This document shows, in pieces, positions 27,799 to 38,413 of a stretch of DNA of 64,000 nt. Source of the stretch: Bacillota bacterium (GTDB lineage Bacteria > Bacillota > Clostridia > UBA1381); contig JAQXIJ010000028.1 in NCBI GenBank assembly GCA_029007725.1, positions 6,115 to 70,114 on the forward strand, written 5' to 3'. The translations under genes and the position numbers were made by a program. Within the stretch, counting starts at the first letter, position 1. Each line of letters opens with the position of its first letter. The notes under the pieces were generated by a model. The model made no database searches. It worked only from the letters and a program-made list of their open reading frames with translations, and was not told the origin of the DNA.

Positions 27799-27862
27799 AC
27801 AGATGAAAAACCACTGTTCCTTTTAAAGGCACGCTAGTTTACTAGTATAAGGAGAGAATAAA

Positions 27863-28312
27863 ATGGGTATATATGAAGAAAAAGCGTCCGCTCTTTTCAA
27901 AAGCGGATACAACTGTGCACAGGCGGTATTTCTTGCATTTGCGGAAAAAATGAATATTGACAGGGAAACGGCGATAAAGTTGTCATCTTCCTTCGGGGGA
28001 GGAATTGGCAGAATGCGCGAGGTCTGCGGTGCGGTCAGCGGAATGTGTATGGTAATAGGTGTTCTGTACGGCTATTCCGATGTGGATGACGTTACCGCAA
28101 AAAAAGAGCACTATGAGAGAATTCGGAAGCTTGCCGCAGAATTTAAGGCGGAAAACGGCAGCATAATCTGTCGCGAACTTTTGGGAATCAAGACGGCGGA
28201 AAAGTCTGCGGCACCGGAACCGCGCACCGAACAGTATTTTCATTCGCGTCCGTGCGAAAAAATGGTTGCCGATGCGGCAATACTGACAGAGGAATATATA
28301 AATACACACTAA
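27863..28312 (+). CDS. C_GCAxxG_C_C family protein
   Basis: N-terminal ...SGYNCAQAVFLAF... signature with further conserved Cys residues (CGAVSG, CRELL, RPC). Confidence 0.75.
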   Translation: MGIYEEKASALFKSGYNCAQAVFLAFAEKMNIDRETAIKLSSSFGGGIGRMREVCGAVSGMCMVIGVLYGYSDVDDVTAKKEHYERIRKLAAEFKAENGSIICRELLGIKTAEKSAAPEPRTEQYFHSRPCEKMVADAAILTEEYINTH

Positions 28313-28424
28313 GGCGGCAGAATGAATTTTTGCAATAGTTGAACTATTGACGTTTTTAAGAAAATATGTTAAAATATCATGAAATAAACAGCTATTGAGA
28401 TACAGCCTGTAGGAGGAATTATAA

Positions 28425-28997
28425 ATGAGCAGAGTTTCAACAAAAAATCTGGCACTCGCGGCAATACTGACTGCGCTTGTCGTTATACTGCAGTTTCTCG
28501 GAGCTTTTATTAAGCTCGGACCGTTTTCGATTTCAACGGTTTTGATACCCATTGTTGTCGGTTCGGCAATCTGTGGCGTCGGCATAGGTGCGTGGCTTGG
28601 GTTTGTTTTCGGTGTTGTAGTACTTTTGAGCGGCGATGCGGCTGCGTTTTTGGCGGTTAATGTGCCGGGAACTATTATAACGGTGCTTTTAAAGGGTACA
28701 CTATGCGGTCTGGCAGCAGGAGTAGTTTACAGGCTGCTGGCAAAATTCAGCACCTATGCTGCAGTTGCGGCTGCTGCGGTTGTGTGTCCGATTGTAAACA
28801 CGGGCGTGTTTCTTTTGGGATGTCTTTTGTTCTTTATGCCAACAGTAACTGAATGGGCGGCAGCTGCAGGACTGGGTGAAAATGTTGCGCAGTTTATGAT
28901 TGTCGGACTTGTGGGACTTAATTTTCTTGTTGAAATGGGAATAAATATCGTTTTAAGTCCTATTATCGTAAGACTGCTTAATGCAAGAAATAAATAA
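28425..28997 (+). CDS. ECF transporter S component (substrate unknown)
   Basis: 190-aa, 6-TM protein. N-terminus ...TKNLALAAILTALVVILQF.... It lies just upstream of the ecfA1A2T module. RBS AGGAGG. Promoter TTGACG-17-TAAAAT lies upstream. No riboswitch-sized leader is present. Confidence 0.7.
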   Translation: MSRVSTKNLALAAILTALVVILQFLGAFIKLGPFSISTVLIPIVVGSAICGVGIGAWLGFVFGVVVLLSGDAAAFLAVNVPGTIITVLLKGTLCGLAAGVVYRLLAKFSTYAAVAAAAVVCPIVNTGVFLLGCLLFFMPTVTEWAAAAGLGENVAQFMIVGLVGLNFLVEMGINIVLSPIIVRLLNARNK

Positions 28998-29011
28998 ATC
29001 CGGAGAAAAGT

Positions 29012-29881
29012 ATGTGGTATTCTGAAGACTGGAAGGACTATATTTTAATTGATGCTGCTGGCGGCGAAAAGCTGGAATATTGGGGCAATGTGTTGCTGCG
29101 TCGTCCCGATCCGCAGGCAATCTGGACCGAAAAGAGCAAAACCGTACTTTGGACAAATACCGATGCGACCTATCACAGGAGCAAGTCGGGCGGTGGCAGC
29201 TGGGAATATTTCAACAAAAAAATGCCGCAGCGCTGGACTGTCAGATACAAAAATCTTACATTTAACATAAAGCCGATGGGGTTTAAGCACACGGGGCTTT
29301 TTCCAGAGCAGGCGGTCAACTGGGACTGGTTTTCAGAGATTATAAAAAACGAAAAAAGACCGGTTAGGATTTTAAACCTTTTTGCATACACAGGTGGTGC
29401 GACCGTTGCGGCACTGGCTGCCGGAGCTGAGGTGTGCCATGTTGACGCTTCAAAGGGTATGGTGACGTGGGCAAAGGAAAATGTAGCATCATCGGGGCTT
29501 TCCGAACGCCCCGTGCGATATATAGTTGACGATGTGAAAAAGTTCGTTGCGCGTGAGGGACGCCGCGGAAAAAAGTATGATGCGGTTATAATGGATCCAC
29601 CGTCCTACGGTAGAGGCCCGAGCGGCGAGCTTTGGAAAATCGAAGACGAGCTTTATCCGCTTATCGAGGATTGTATGAAAATTTTGTCTGATAAACCGTT
29701 GTTTTTTTTAATCAATTCGTATACAACCGGCTTGTCACAGACAATTATGGATAATGTTCTCACACTGACAATGAAAGAAAAATACGGCGGCAGGGTTAGC
29801 TGCGACGAAATCGGACTTATGATGCGCGAAAAACAGATGATTCTTCCGTGTGGAATAAGCTGCCGCTGGAATAAGGAATAA
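29012..29881 (+). CDS. Class I SAM-dependent methyltransferase (RlmI/RlmK-like catalytic domain)
   Basis: ...ILNLFAYTGGATVAA...VDAS...VIMDPPSYGRGP motifs (SAM binding plus the DPP catalytic motif). Confidence 0.8.
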   Translation: MWYSEDWKDYILIDAAGGEKLEYWGNVLLRRPDPQAIWTEKSKTVLWTNTDATYHRSKSGGGSWEYFNKKMPQRWTVRYKNLTFNIKPMGFKHTGLFPEQAVNWDWFSEIIKNEKRPVRILNLFAYTGGATVAALAAGAEVCHVDASKGMVTWAKENVASSGLSERPVRYIVDDVKKFVAREGRRGKKYDAVIMDPPSYGRGPSGELWKIEDELYPLIEDCMKILSDKPLFFLINSYTTGLSQTIMDNVLTLTMKEKYGGRVSCDEIGLMMREKQMILPCGISCRWNKE

Positions 29882-29886
29882 TTTTG

Positions 29887-30735
29887 ATGATAGATGTTGA
29901 AAATCTGTCCTTTTCGTATGACGATGAGGACAGCGAAGCGAAAAGATATGTAATAGAGGGACTCAATCTGCACATAGAAAAGGGCAGCTTTGTTGCCGTG
30001 CTCGGACATAACGGTTCGGGAAAATCCACGCTGGCAAAGCACTTTAACGGTATACTGCTGCCAAGCGGAGGCAAGGTGTACGTTGCGGGCATGGATACCA
30101 CTGACGAGAAACATATATATGATATACGCAGTACTGCAGGAATGGTCTTTCAGAATCCGGATAATCAGATTGTCGCGGCGATTGTCGAGGATGAAATTGC
30201 TTTTGCACCGGAAAATCTTGGAGTTGCGCCGCAAGATATACGAAAACGCGTTGATGAGTGTCTTAGAATTGTTCATATGACGGAGTTTGCAAAGGCTTCT
30301 CCGTCGCGGCTTTCGGGAGGGCAAAAGCAGAGAGTTGCAATCGCCGGAGTGCTTGCAATGGAGCCGGACTGCATAATTTTGGACGAGGCTACCGCAATGC
30401 TTGACCCTCAGGGCAGACGTGATGTTATGACAACGATAAAAGACCTTAACCGCGAAAAAGGCATAACGGTTGTACTTATCACACACTACATGGATGAAGC
30501 TGCCATGGCGGACCGCATTGTTGTTATGGAAAAAGGGAAAGCAGTGATGGATGACGTACCGAAAAAAGTTTTTTCGCAGGTAGACAGAATCAAAAAAATC
30601 GGTCTTGACGTACCGCAGGTGACCGAGCTATTGTTCAATCTGCGCAATCTCGGCATAGATTTGCCGCAGGATGTCATAACAGTTGAGGAATGCGAAAAGA
30701 TACTGCTCGGAAAGCTGAAGGGACACGAAAAATGA
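29887..30735 (+). CDS. ecfA1: Energy-coupling factor transporter ATPase EcfA1
   Basis: Walker [10 protein letters not shown], signature [13 protein letters not shown], Walker [11 protein letters not shown]. Confidence 0.95.
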   Translation: MIDVENLSFSYDDEDSEAKRYVIEGLNLHIEKGSFVAVLGHNGSGKSTLAKHFNGILLPSGGKVYVAGMDTTDEKHIYDIRSTAGMVFQNPDNQIVAAIVEDEIAFAPENLGVAPQDIRKRVDECLRIVHMTEFAKASPSRLSGGQKQRVAIAGVLAMEPDCIILDEATAMLDPQGRRDVMTTIKDLNREKGITVVLITHYMDEAAMADRIVVMEKGKAVMDDVPKKVFSQVDRIKKIGLDVPQVTELLFNLRNLGIDLPQDVITVEECEKILLGKLKGHEK

Positions 30736-31592
30736 TTAAAGTAACGGATTTGAATTATATATATCAGCAGGGAATGCCGTTTGAAAAAAAAGCACTTTCG
30801 GACGTCAGTTTCGAGATTCCTGACGGCGATTTTGTCGCAATTATCGGTCATACCGGTTCAGGAAAATCTACGCTTATTCAACATCTTAACGCGCTTGTGC
30901 GTCCAACGAGCGGCAGAATTGAAATTGACGGTATTGACATAACCGATCCTAAAACCGATTTGCGCGAAATCAGGAAAAAGGTTGGACTTGTGTTTCAGTA
31001 TCCCGAGCACCAGCTGTTTGAAGAAAGCGTGTATAAGGATATAGCTTTCGGACCGGTGAATATGGGACTTTCTGAGGAAAAGGTGCGTGAACGTGTATAT
31101 GAGGCAATCGGCCTTGTTGGACTGGACGAAACGCTTCTTGAAAAATCTCCGTTTGAACTTTCGGGCGGACAAAAGCGCCGCACAGCAATCGCCGGAGTGC
31201 TTTCCATGAAACCGAAGGTACTTATACTCGATGAACCGACAGCCGGACTTGACCCTCACGGCAGAGATGAAATTTTGGGACAGCTGCTGCGGCTGCATGA
31301 GCAAAACTCCGGCATGACAATTATTTTCGTGTCACATTCGATGGAGGATGTTGCAAAAATCGCAAAAAACGTTCTTGTGATGAACAGGGGCAGGCTTGTC
31401 ATGCACGGAAGCGTGGCAGAGGTTTTTGCACGCGGAGAAGAACTAAAAAAAATCGGACTTGATGTTCCTCAGATTACAGAGCTGACGCAGCTTTTGATAA
31501 AGGATGGTATAAATATTCGTCCCGATGTATATACTGTGAAATTTGCCTCGGAGCTTTTAGCGAAGATGATAAAGGAGACAGAAAATGTTTAA
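30732..31592 (+). CDS. ecfA2: Energy-coupling factor transporter ATPase EcfA2
   Basis: Walker [10 protein letters not shown], signature [13 protein letters not shown], Walker [15 protein letters not shown] overlap with ecfA1. Confidence 0.95.
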   Translation: MIKVTDLNYIYQQGMPFEKKALSDVSFEIPDGDFVAIIGHTGSGKSTLIQHLNALVRPTSGRIEIDGIDITDPKTDLREIRKKVGLVFQYPEHQLFEESVYKDIAFGPVNMGLSEEKVRERVYEAIGLVGLDETLLEKSPFELSGGQKRRTAIAGVLSMKPKVLILDEPTAGLDPHGRDEILGQLLRLHEQNSGMTIIFVSHSMEDVAKIAKNVLVMNRGRLVMHGSVAEVFARGEELKKIGLDVPQITELTQLLIKDGINIRPDVYTVKFASELLAKMIKETENV

Positions 31593-32397
31593 GGATATTA
31601 CTATCGGACAGTATATTGAGGGCGATTCTTTTATACATAAAATGGACGCAAGAATGAAGATTCTGCTAGGAATGTTTTATATCATAATTTTGTTTATTAT
31701 CAGTACACCTGCTGCATATGCGGCATTCACGCTGTTTACGGCACTTCTTATCATTGTATCAAAAATGCCGTTTAAATATATTGTTCGCGGCTTAAAGCCG
31801 ATGCTTTATATACTTGTCTTTACAGCAGTAATAAACCTGTTCATGACGCAGGGACAGACGATTCTGTGGGTATGCCCGTTCTGGAGTGCACTAAAAATTA
31901 CCCAAGAGGGACTAAGAACTGCGGTTTTGATGATACTCCGTCTTGTATATCTTGTTATAGGCACGTCAATTCTTACACTAACGACTTCGCCGCTTATGCT
32001 GACCGACGGTATAGAAAGCCTTTTGAAACCGTTTGAAATAATAAAGCTGCCGTCACACGAAATTGCGATGATGATGACAATTGCAATTCGTTTTATACCA
32101 ACACTTTCGGAGGAAACCGAAAAAATTATTAAGGCGCAGACTGCGCGCGGTGCGGATTTTGAAAGTGGGAATATTTTTCGCAGAGCAAAAGCAATGGTGC
32201 CGCTTCTGGTGCCGTTGTTCATAAGTGCATTCAGACGGGCGGACGACCTTGCGGTTGCAATGGATGCGCGGTGCTATAACGGAGGCAAAAACCGCACGCG
32301 AATGAAACAGATGAAAATGACCGCACGTGATGCTTTTGCGGCGATATTCATGCTGATTTTCGCAGTAGTTGTCATTGCAATGCAGAAAGTTATGTAG
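31585..32397 (+). CDS. ecfT: Energy-coupling factor transporter transmembrane subunit EcfT
   Basis: 270-aa membrane protein containing ...ARG.DFE...F...A..LA.AM..R, the EcfT coupling-helix motifs. Its start overlaps the ecfA2 end. Confidence 0.9.
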   Translation: MFKDITIGQYIEGDSFIHKMDARMKILLGMFYIIILFIISTPAAYAAFTLFTALLIIVSKMPFKYIVRGLKPMLYILVFTAVINLFMTQGQTILWVCPFWSALKITQEGLRTAVLMILRLVYLVIGTSILTLTTSPLMLTDGIESLLKPFEIIKLPSHEIAMMMTIAIRFIPTLSEETEKIIKAQTARGADFESGNIFRRAKAMVPLLVPLFISAFRRADDLAVAMDARCYNGGKNRTRMKQMKMTARDAFAAIFMLIFAVVVIAMQKVM

Positions 32398-32407
32398 AGG
32401 TGGCATA

Positions 32408-33142
32408 ATGCGAAATATTAAGCTGACTCTTCAATATGACGGAACGAATTATCATGGCTGGCAGACACAGGAAAACGCTGTAACGGTGCAGGAGGTTGTC
32501 GAAAAGGCAATCGCCGCGGTTATCGGTGCGCGCCCGAAGCTTGTCGGATGCGGCAGAACCGATTCGGGTGTTCATGCAATGCGTTATGTGTGCAATTTTA
32601 AGTCGGAAACGCATATTCCGGAGCGAAAGCTGCCTCTGGCGCTTAATGCGCACCTTCCGGCCGATATAGTATGCATGGCAGCGGAAGACGTATCGGCAGA
32701 CTTTGATGCTCGATATTCGGCAAAGAAAAAATGCTACAAATATTATATTCAAAATTCACAGTTCCCCAATGTATTTAGACTTAATAGAATCTGGCACTAT
32801 CCGCATCCGCTGGATATAGAAAAAATGAGACACGCAGCTGAGGCTTTTTTGGGCGAGCACGACTTTATTGGCTTTGCAGCGCGCGGATTTACGGTGAAAA
32901 CAACGGTCAGAACGATTTATTCCATTGATATTTCAAAGAAAGATGACATTATCGAAATTTCGGTATGCGGAAACGGTTTTTTATATAATATGGTCAGAAT
33001 AATTGCCGGTACCCTTGTTTTTGTCGGAGGCGGAAAGCTCAATCCTGATGACATGTCGGACATAATAGCATCGTGTGACCGAAAAAGAGCCGGAATGACG
33101 GCACCCGCAGCAGGACTATATCTATCGGAGGTGTATTATTAA
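32408..33142 (+). CDS. truA: tRNA pseudouridine(38-40) synthase TruA
   Basis: MRNIKLTLQYDGTNYHGWQ.Q... and GCGRTDSGVHA (catalytic Asp). The ecfAAT-truA order is conserved. Confidence 0.95.
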   Translation: MRNIKLTLQYDGTNYHGWQTQENAVTVQEVVEKAIAAVIGARPKLVGCGRTDSGVHAMRYVCNFKSETHIPERKLPLALNAHLPADIVCMAAEDVSADFDARYSAKKKCYKYYIQNSQFPNVFRLNRIWHYPHPLDIEKMRHAAEAFLGEHDFIGFAARGFTVKTTVRTIYSIDISKKDDIIEISVCGNGFLYNMVRIIAGTLVFVGGGKLNPDDMSDIIASCDRKRAGMTAPAAGLYLSEVYY

Positions 33143-34563
33143 TGGATATAAAGAAAAATGTTATTAAAATATTCCTTGTAATTTTATGCCTTTTTGCTGT
33201 GGGATTTTTTGCTATGGTGCAATCAGGCACCGAAATGCCGCTTGTTCAGACATATAAAAATAATTTTAAGAGAAACGTTAGCGGAATTTGCCGAATACTG
33301 AAAATTGATGTTCCGCTTGAAATGCAGTTTTATCTCAATGATATGTCAACACCGGCGCCGGCACCGACGATGATTCCGGCTGATGAACAGCGCGAAATGG
33401 ACGAGGCACTGGGTTATCCGGTGAGCGATGAGGAAGAAATTGTTCCGCACGAGGGAACAGTGGCGCTTACAACTAAGGAGCCAATCAAATCGAACGCAAA
33501 AAAGGAAAATCAGCCTATTGCGTTTGATGCGGCAGAAAATTCAAAATTTGCTGTGTATAAAAACTATATTGTGTGCGCAAATGAAACAAATTACATTGCA
33601 TATGATGCAGGCGGAAATCTTGTGTGGAAGCAGAAACTGCAGATGCAGAACCCGATTTTGAAGGTCAGCGGAGATTATGTTTTGCTGGCAGAAACTGGGG
33701 CAAAAAAACTGAGCCTGTACAAGGGCAAAAAGCTGATTTTTGGCACAAAAACCGCAGGAAATATAATAACGGCAAGTGTGTCAAAAAACGGCGATGTTGT
33801 GGCGGTTACAGAAAAGGAATTTTATAAAGGACAGGTTGTTGTTTATAATAAAAAGGGAGAGAGGATTTTTGCATGGGATTCCGGTTCATACAACATTCTC
33901 GACGCTGTCATTTCGCCGCACCGTAAGGTTGCGGTTTCAATGCTCAATACCGACTCTGGCGCGGACAGCTTTATTACCTGTTTTGGCGTCGACGGAAAAG
34001 AACGATATAAAACCGAAAATTTTTCTGGTATGATTATTTTTGCCCTGGAATATAACGGCGAAAATCTGACAGCATTTTCTGATACAAAGTGCATGGGCAT
34101 ATCCCAAAAGGGCAAAACCACATGGGAATATGACTACGGCGGAAAAAATATTGAGCATTATACCGTTGCCGAGAACGGCAACAAGCTGCTCCTGTTTGAC
34201 AACGACAACACGGGCGAGCTTTTGGGAATTGCGGGATCGGGCAAGACATGCGAGCCGATTAAGGCAGAGAGTATGCCGGACTGCATAGACATTAAATTGG
34301 ATTACGTAGCATATAATAATGGACGAGATGTAATTGTTATGAGCATGAATGCAAAAACTGCCCTTACCGCTTCCTGCAGTTCGGATATAAAGCAGCTTCA
34401 CATTCTTGATTCAAAGCACGTTCTTGCCGTTTACAGCTCAAGCATTCAGTTTAAAAAACTTTTAAAGACGGTGAATACCGATAATAAGGCCAGAACCGAA
34501 GCATCCGCAACACCGGTGGCTTCGCCTGAACCGTCCGGAAATCCGAAGGAGGGAGAGAAATAG
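33142..34563 (+). CDS. Membrane-anchored hypothetical protein, possibly a beta-propeller (I recall it as DUF5711-like)
   Basis: One N-terminal TM helix, then repeated beta-rich segments (...YDAGGNLVWKQ..., ...GDVVAVTE..., ...GERIFAWD...) and a Pro/Ser/Glu-rich tail. The family name is from memory and unverified. Confidence 0.6.
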   Translation: MDIKKNVIKIFLVILCLFAVGFFAMVQSGTEMPLVQTYKNNFKRNVSGICRILKIDVPLEMQFYLNDMSTPAPAPTMIPADEQREMDEALGYPVSDEEEIVPHEGTVALTTKEPIKSNAKKENQPIAFDAAENSKFAVYKNYIVCANETNYIAYDAGGNLVWKQKLQMQNPILKVSGDYVLLAETGAKKLSLYKGKKLIFGTKTAGNIITASVSKNGDVVAVTEKEFYKGQVVVYNKKGERIFAWDSGSYNILDAVISPHRKVAVSMLNTDSGADSFITCFGVDGKERYKTENFSGMIIFALEYNGENLTAFSDTKCMGISQKGKTTWEYDYGGKNIEHYTVAENGNKLLLFDNDNTGELLGIAGSGKTCEPIKAESMPDCIDIKLDYVAYNNGRDVIVMSMNAKTALTASCSSDIKQLHILDSKHVLAVYSSSIQFKKLLKTVNTDNKARTEASATPVASPEPSGNPKEGEK

Positions 34564-34564
34564 C

Positions 34565-35275
34565 ATGAATTTCGTTTGGAATACCGCGCTTGTATGGGAT
34601 ATCGCACTGGTGGCAATAATAATTATTTGCGTTTCGGTTTCGGCAAAGCGCGGATTCATAAAATCGTCACGAACAATTCTTGCGATAATTCTGACGGCAT
34701 TGTTGCTTATAACCGTGCAGGCTCAGACAATGAATTTTTTGCACAATTCGCCGATCGGAGAAACAATACGGACAACCGTGATAGAAAACGTTACAAAAAC
34801 ATATGAAAAAAAAGAACTTCCGCAAGATGCCGACACTACCGATACCGAAAAATCCCTTGCTATATGTGAGGCTATGTCGCTGCCGAAGTTTTTGTCGCAC
34901 GGCATAGAAATGCAGATAAAGCAGATGTCCGAGATAAAGAACAATGTGCTTGACCTGATAGCAGATACGCTGTCAAACTTTATTATAAAGGTGATTTCAA
35001 TTGTTCTTTTATTTGTGCTGGTACGCCTTTTCGTATTTATTCTGCTCAAAATTCTCGACAGCTTGTTCAGCCTGCCGGGACTCAGAACTGTAAACAGAAC
35101 TATGGGCGCGATGATCGGAATTTTCAACGCTCTGCTGATGGTTTACATAATCTGCGGCGCGGTTAGCCTGTTTACACCGGTTGACAATCTCGAAGCAGTT
35201 CAAAATACGGTCAATTCTACATATATTCTAAAGTATTTCTATGATAATAATTTATTAATGTCACTGTTTGTATAA
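34565..35275 (+). CDS. CvpA family membrane protein
   Basis: N-terminus ...WDIALVAIIIICVSVSAKRGFIKS... is typical of the colicin V production protein family. Four TM segments. Confidence 0.7.
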   Translation: MNFVWNTALVWDIALVAIIIICVSVSAKRGFIKSSRTILAIILTALLLITVQAQTMNFLHNSPIGETIRTTVIENVTKTYEKKELPQDADTTDTEKSLAICEAMSLPKFLSHGIEMQIKQMSEIKNNVLDLIADTLSNFIIKVISIVLLFVLVRLFVFILLKILDSLFSLPGLRTVNRTMGAMIGIFNALLMVYIICGAVSLFTPVDNLEAVQNTVNSTYILKYFYDNNLLMSLFV

Positions 35276-35284
35276 GAAAGAGGT

Positions 35285-36706
35285 GTGATTTTGCAGGAAA
35301 ATATTGCTTTGCAGCACAAAACAAGAGAAGAATTGAAGTATATAGCGCACGACCTGGGAATCAGACGCATATCTGCGATGAAAAAAGATGATATCATAGC
35401 AGCGATAGTTGAAAAACGTGCGCAAACAGAGGTTCGAGAGCCTAAACAGAATACGTCTGACCGGGAAGAATCTCTAAAAACGCAGGAAGAGACAAACCGC
35501 ACGGAGTCTGACCGTAAAAGCACAAATTCAAAAAATGACGATGCACAGGCGCAGCAAAAACAGCGACGCCGTCACGATGATGTGGTTGAAGTTTGCGGTG
35601 TTTTGGACGTTATGGCTGAGGGCTTTGGCTTTTTGCGGTTCGAAAACTATCGCTCGGGAGAAAACGATATATATGTTTCTCCTACTCAAATTCGTAGGTT
35701 CGGACTGAAAACAGGAGACGAAATAACGGGTGTCGCAAGACCGATTATGGATGAGGACAAATATTCGCCTCTGCTGTTTGTGAAACAAATAAATGGCGAT
35801 ACGATTGACGTTGCATTAAAGCGCCGCAGTTTTGAGCGTCTTACGCCGATCTATCCGAATAAAAAGCTTGTACTGGATACCGGTGAAAGAACAAAATATG
35901 CGTCAAGACTTTTGGATATTATAGCGCCGATAGGCAAGGGGCAGCGTGGAATGATTGTCGCACCGCCAAAAGCGGGAAAAACCACGCTGATTAAACAGAT
36001 AGCGCAGTCGGTTTCAAAAAACTATCCCGATGTAAAGCTTATTGTTTTGCTGATCGACGAAAGACCGGAGGAAGTAACCGATATGCGCCGCTCAATAGAT
36101 GGCGAGGTTATCTATTCAACATTTGACCAGACTCCGGCAAATCATACAAAATGCGCTGAAATGGTGTTGGAACGTGCAATGCGCCTTGTTGAACAAAAAA
36201 GGGATGTTGTGATACTGCTTGACTCGATAACAAGGCTGGCGCGTGCATACAATCTGACCGTTACACCGACGGGCAGAACGCTTTCGGGCGGACTGGACCC
36301 TGACGCGCTTATAAAGCCGAAAAAGTTTTTTGGAGCCGCGAGAAATATCGAGGAAGGCGGAAGCCTTACCATTCTTGCAACTGCGCTTGTTGAAACCGGT
36401 TCAAGAATGGATGACGTTATTTTTGAGGAATTTAAGGGCACGGGCAACATGGAACTTAAGCTAGACAGAGGCTTGCAGGAAAGGCGAATTTTTCCGGCAA
36501 TTGACATCTTAAAATCTGGTACGCGACGCGAGGAAACGCTTCTGTCACCTATTGAAAAAGAGGCGCTGTGGGCAATACGCCGAAGCGTAAATCCGCAGAA
36601 TACCTATGACACTATGGCGGTTTTGCTGAACCTTTTGAAAAATACACAGACAAACAGCGAGTTTGTGGGAATGCTTTTAAAGCATTTTAACAATAACAGA
36701 AATTGA
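35285..36706 (+). CDS. rho: Transcription termination factor Rho with a ~55-aa low-complexity insertion
   Basis: Rho_N segment (ELKYIAHDLGIRRISAMKKDDIIAAI), CSD-like RNA-binding domain (GVLDVMAEGFGFLR), Walker A (APPKAGKT) and LLIDERPEEV. GTG start. Confidence 0.95.
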   Translation: MILQENIALQHKTREELKYIAHDLGIRRISAMKKDDIIAAIVEKRAQTEVREPKQNTSDREESLKTQEETNRTESDRKSTNSKNDDAQAQQKQRRRHDDVVEVCGVLDVMAEGFGFLRFENYRSGENDIYVSPTQIRRFGLKTGDEITGVARPIMDEDKYSPLLFVKQINGDTIDVALKRRSFERLTPIYPNKKLVLDTGERTKYASRLLDIIAPIGKGQRGMIVAPPKAGKTTLIKQIAQSVSKNYPDVKLIVLLIDERPEEVTDMRRSIDGEVIYSTFDQTPANHTKCAEMVLERAMRLVEQKRDVVILLDSITRLARAYNLTVTPTGRTLSGGLDPDALIKPKKFFGAARNIEEGGSLTILATALVETGSRMDDVIFEEFKGTGNMELKLDRGLQERRIFPAIDILKSGTRREETLLSPIEKEALWAIRRSVNPQNTYDTMAVLLNLLKNTQTNSEFVGMLLKHFNNNRN

Positions 36707-36761
36707 CGATACCAATTATGATTAAATCCTTATTAACAAAAGAGAAGAAGGAGATGATCAG

Positions 36762-37574
36762 ATGATTTTATCCAACTTCCATACACATACTTCATTTTGC
36801 GACGGATACGATACGCCGGAGAGCATAGTGCTGGAGGCAATTTCGATGGGGTTTGATACACTGGGATTTTCGGATCATAGCCACACTGCGTTTGACCCAG
36901 TGCGATCAATGAGCAGGGAGAACACGGCTAAATACATAAAAACCGTGAACGAACTTAAGGAGAAGTACCGAGATAAGATTAAAATTCTTTGCGGAGTAGA
37001 ACAGGATTTGTTTTCGGATATGCCGACAGACGAATATGACTACGTGATAGGTGCGGTGCACCATATTATTAAGGACGGGGAATATATTCAGATTGATAAA
37101 TCTCCGACTGCGCTGAGAATAGCTGCGGACAAATATTTCGGCGGGGATCTGTATTCACTCGCGGAGGAATATTATGCAAATATGGAGCGCCTTGCTTCGC
37201 GCAGTGACGTTGATGTTATGGCGCATTTTGACCTTGTTGCACTTTTCAGCGGCAGAATGCGCGATTTTGACGAAAACAACAAGCGGTATAAAAATGCAGC
37301 TTTGCACGCAATGAGAAGAGCGCTGGAAAATGATAAGATAATTGAAATAAACACCTTTCCGGTGCGAAGGGGATTTAAGGTATATCCATATCCGTCAGAA
37401 TTTTTGCTGAAAGAAGTCCTGCACAAAAAGGGTAAAATTCTGTTTTCAAGCGATAGCCATAAAAAAAACACGCTCGACAACGGCTTCGGTATAGCGCAGG
37501 CATATGCATATGAATGCGGCTTTTCCGTAATCGCAATCGACCGTGCAAACGATGTGCTGAAAAATATTGAATAA
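36762..37574 (+). CDS. HisJ-family histidinol-phosphatase (PHP domain)
   Basis: N-terminal ...NFHTHTSFCDG... followed by ...GFSDH...GAVHH...HFDL...SDSH metal-ligand motifs. Confidence 0.8.
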   Translation: MILSNFHTHTSFCDGYDTPESIVLEAISMGFDTLGFSDHSHTAFDPVRSMSRENTAKYIKTVNELKEKYRDKIKILCGVEQDLFSDMPTDEYDYVIGAVHHIIKDGEYIQIDKSPTALRIAADKYFGGDLYSLAEEYYANMERLASRSDVDVMAHFDLVALFSGRMRDFDENNKRYKNAALHAMRRALENDKIIEINTFPVRRGFKVYPYPSEFLLKEVLHKKGKILFSSDSHKKNTLDNGFGIAQAYAYECGFSVIAIDRANDVLKNIE

Positions 37575-37576
37575 CA

Positions 37577-38098
37577 CTATTTCTTTTTTGCAAACCGCAG
37601 TGCCGACTGAATGTGATTGCTCGGATATGCGTTTGATCTTTTAAAGATTTCGTAGACGGAGCATGCCTTGTCAACAATACTGACGATGTATGCTTCTGTG
37701 CTTTTCGGCGGAATGATTGTAAGCGGAAACATATGCTTTTTTATAATATCTTTTTCTGTCGGAGTGAGAGAAAAGTCTTCTTCGGCATTTCTAAGTGCGG
37801 TGTATGGATGCGAAAATCCGTGCAGACGGTGAGATTTGTCATTTTCGTGCCAGTCGTACAAAAAATAGTCGTGCAAAAGTGCGCCGCGGATGATATCCTC
37901 CTTGCGGCAGCGGATAAATCTGACCAATGTCGAAATCCGATAGCTGATGTATGCAACGGCGATGCAGTGCAAAAGGCATGAGGTGGTTCCGTGCTGAATA
38001 AAATCCTGCATCTCGGATATGCGTGAGTTCAGCACTGTATCGTGGAAAATAATCTGAAAAAAATTCAGGTCGTTAGATGTAATTTTATGTAAATGCAT
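37577..38098 (-). CDS. HD-domain phosphohydrolase
   Basis: ...HCIAVAY...GALLHDYFLYDWH... HD motif; 173 aa. Confidence 0.75.
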   Translation of the reverse strand: MHLHKITSNDLNFFQIIFHDTVLNSRISEMQDFIQHGTTSCLLHCIAVAYISYRISTLVRFIRCRKEDIIRGALLHDYFLYDWHENDKSHRLHGFSHPYTALRNAEEDFSLTPTEKDIIKKHMFPLTIIPPKSTEAYIVSIVDKACSVYEIFKRSNAYPSNHIQSALRFAKKK

Positions 38099-38181
38099 GG
38101 GAATAACTTCTTTCTTGGGTTTTATAAAATATTATTGCACAAAAACCGAAAAATACAGCATTTATTTAATATATTTAATAA

Positions 38182-38413
38182 TTAAATGCCTAAAATGGCA
38201 CAGAAGGCTTTTTTGAAAGCGTCATTGTTTTCCTTTCTGCGCTTCGGTGCAGAGTGAAGCCTGCCGCCGCAACGGCGGATTTTTTTCGTTTCGGCGCCGT
38301 CATTATTAAATAGATGTGTCGCAGACGATTATATATTTTATGTTATGCCGGTGCGCAATTTCGGTTGCAATGTCTACAACCGGACAACCATCGGCATCAA
38401 TTAAAATTCGCAT
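38182..38413 (-). pseudogene. Internally deleted, frameshifted remnant of a YaiI/YqxD (UPF0178) family gene
   Basis: RBS GGAGG plus ATG 38413 opens MRILIDADGCPVVDIATEIAHRHNIKYIIVCDTSI*, a typical UPF0178 N-terminus. A different frame then reads ...GGRLHSAPKRRKENNDAFKKAFCAILGI*, like the family C-terminus. About 70 central residues are missing. Confidence 0.65.
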
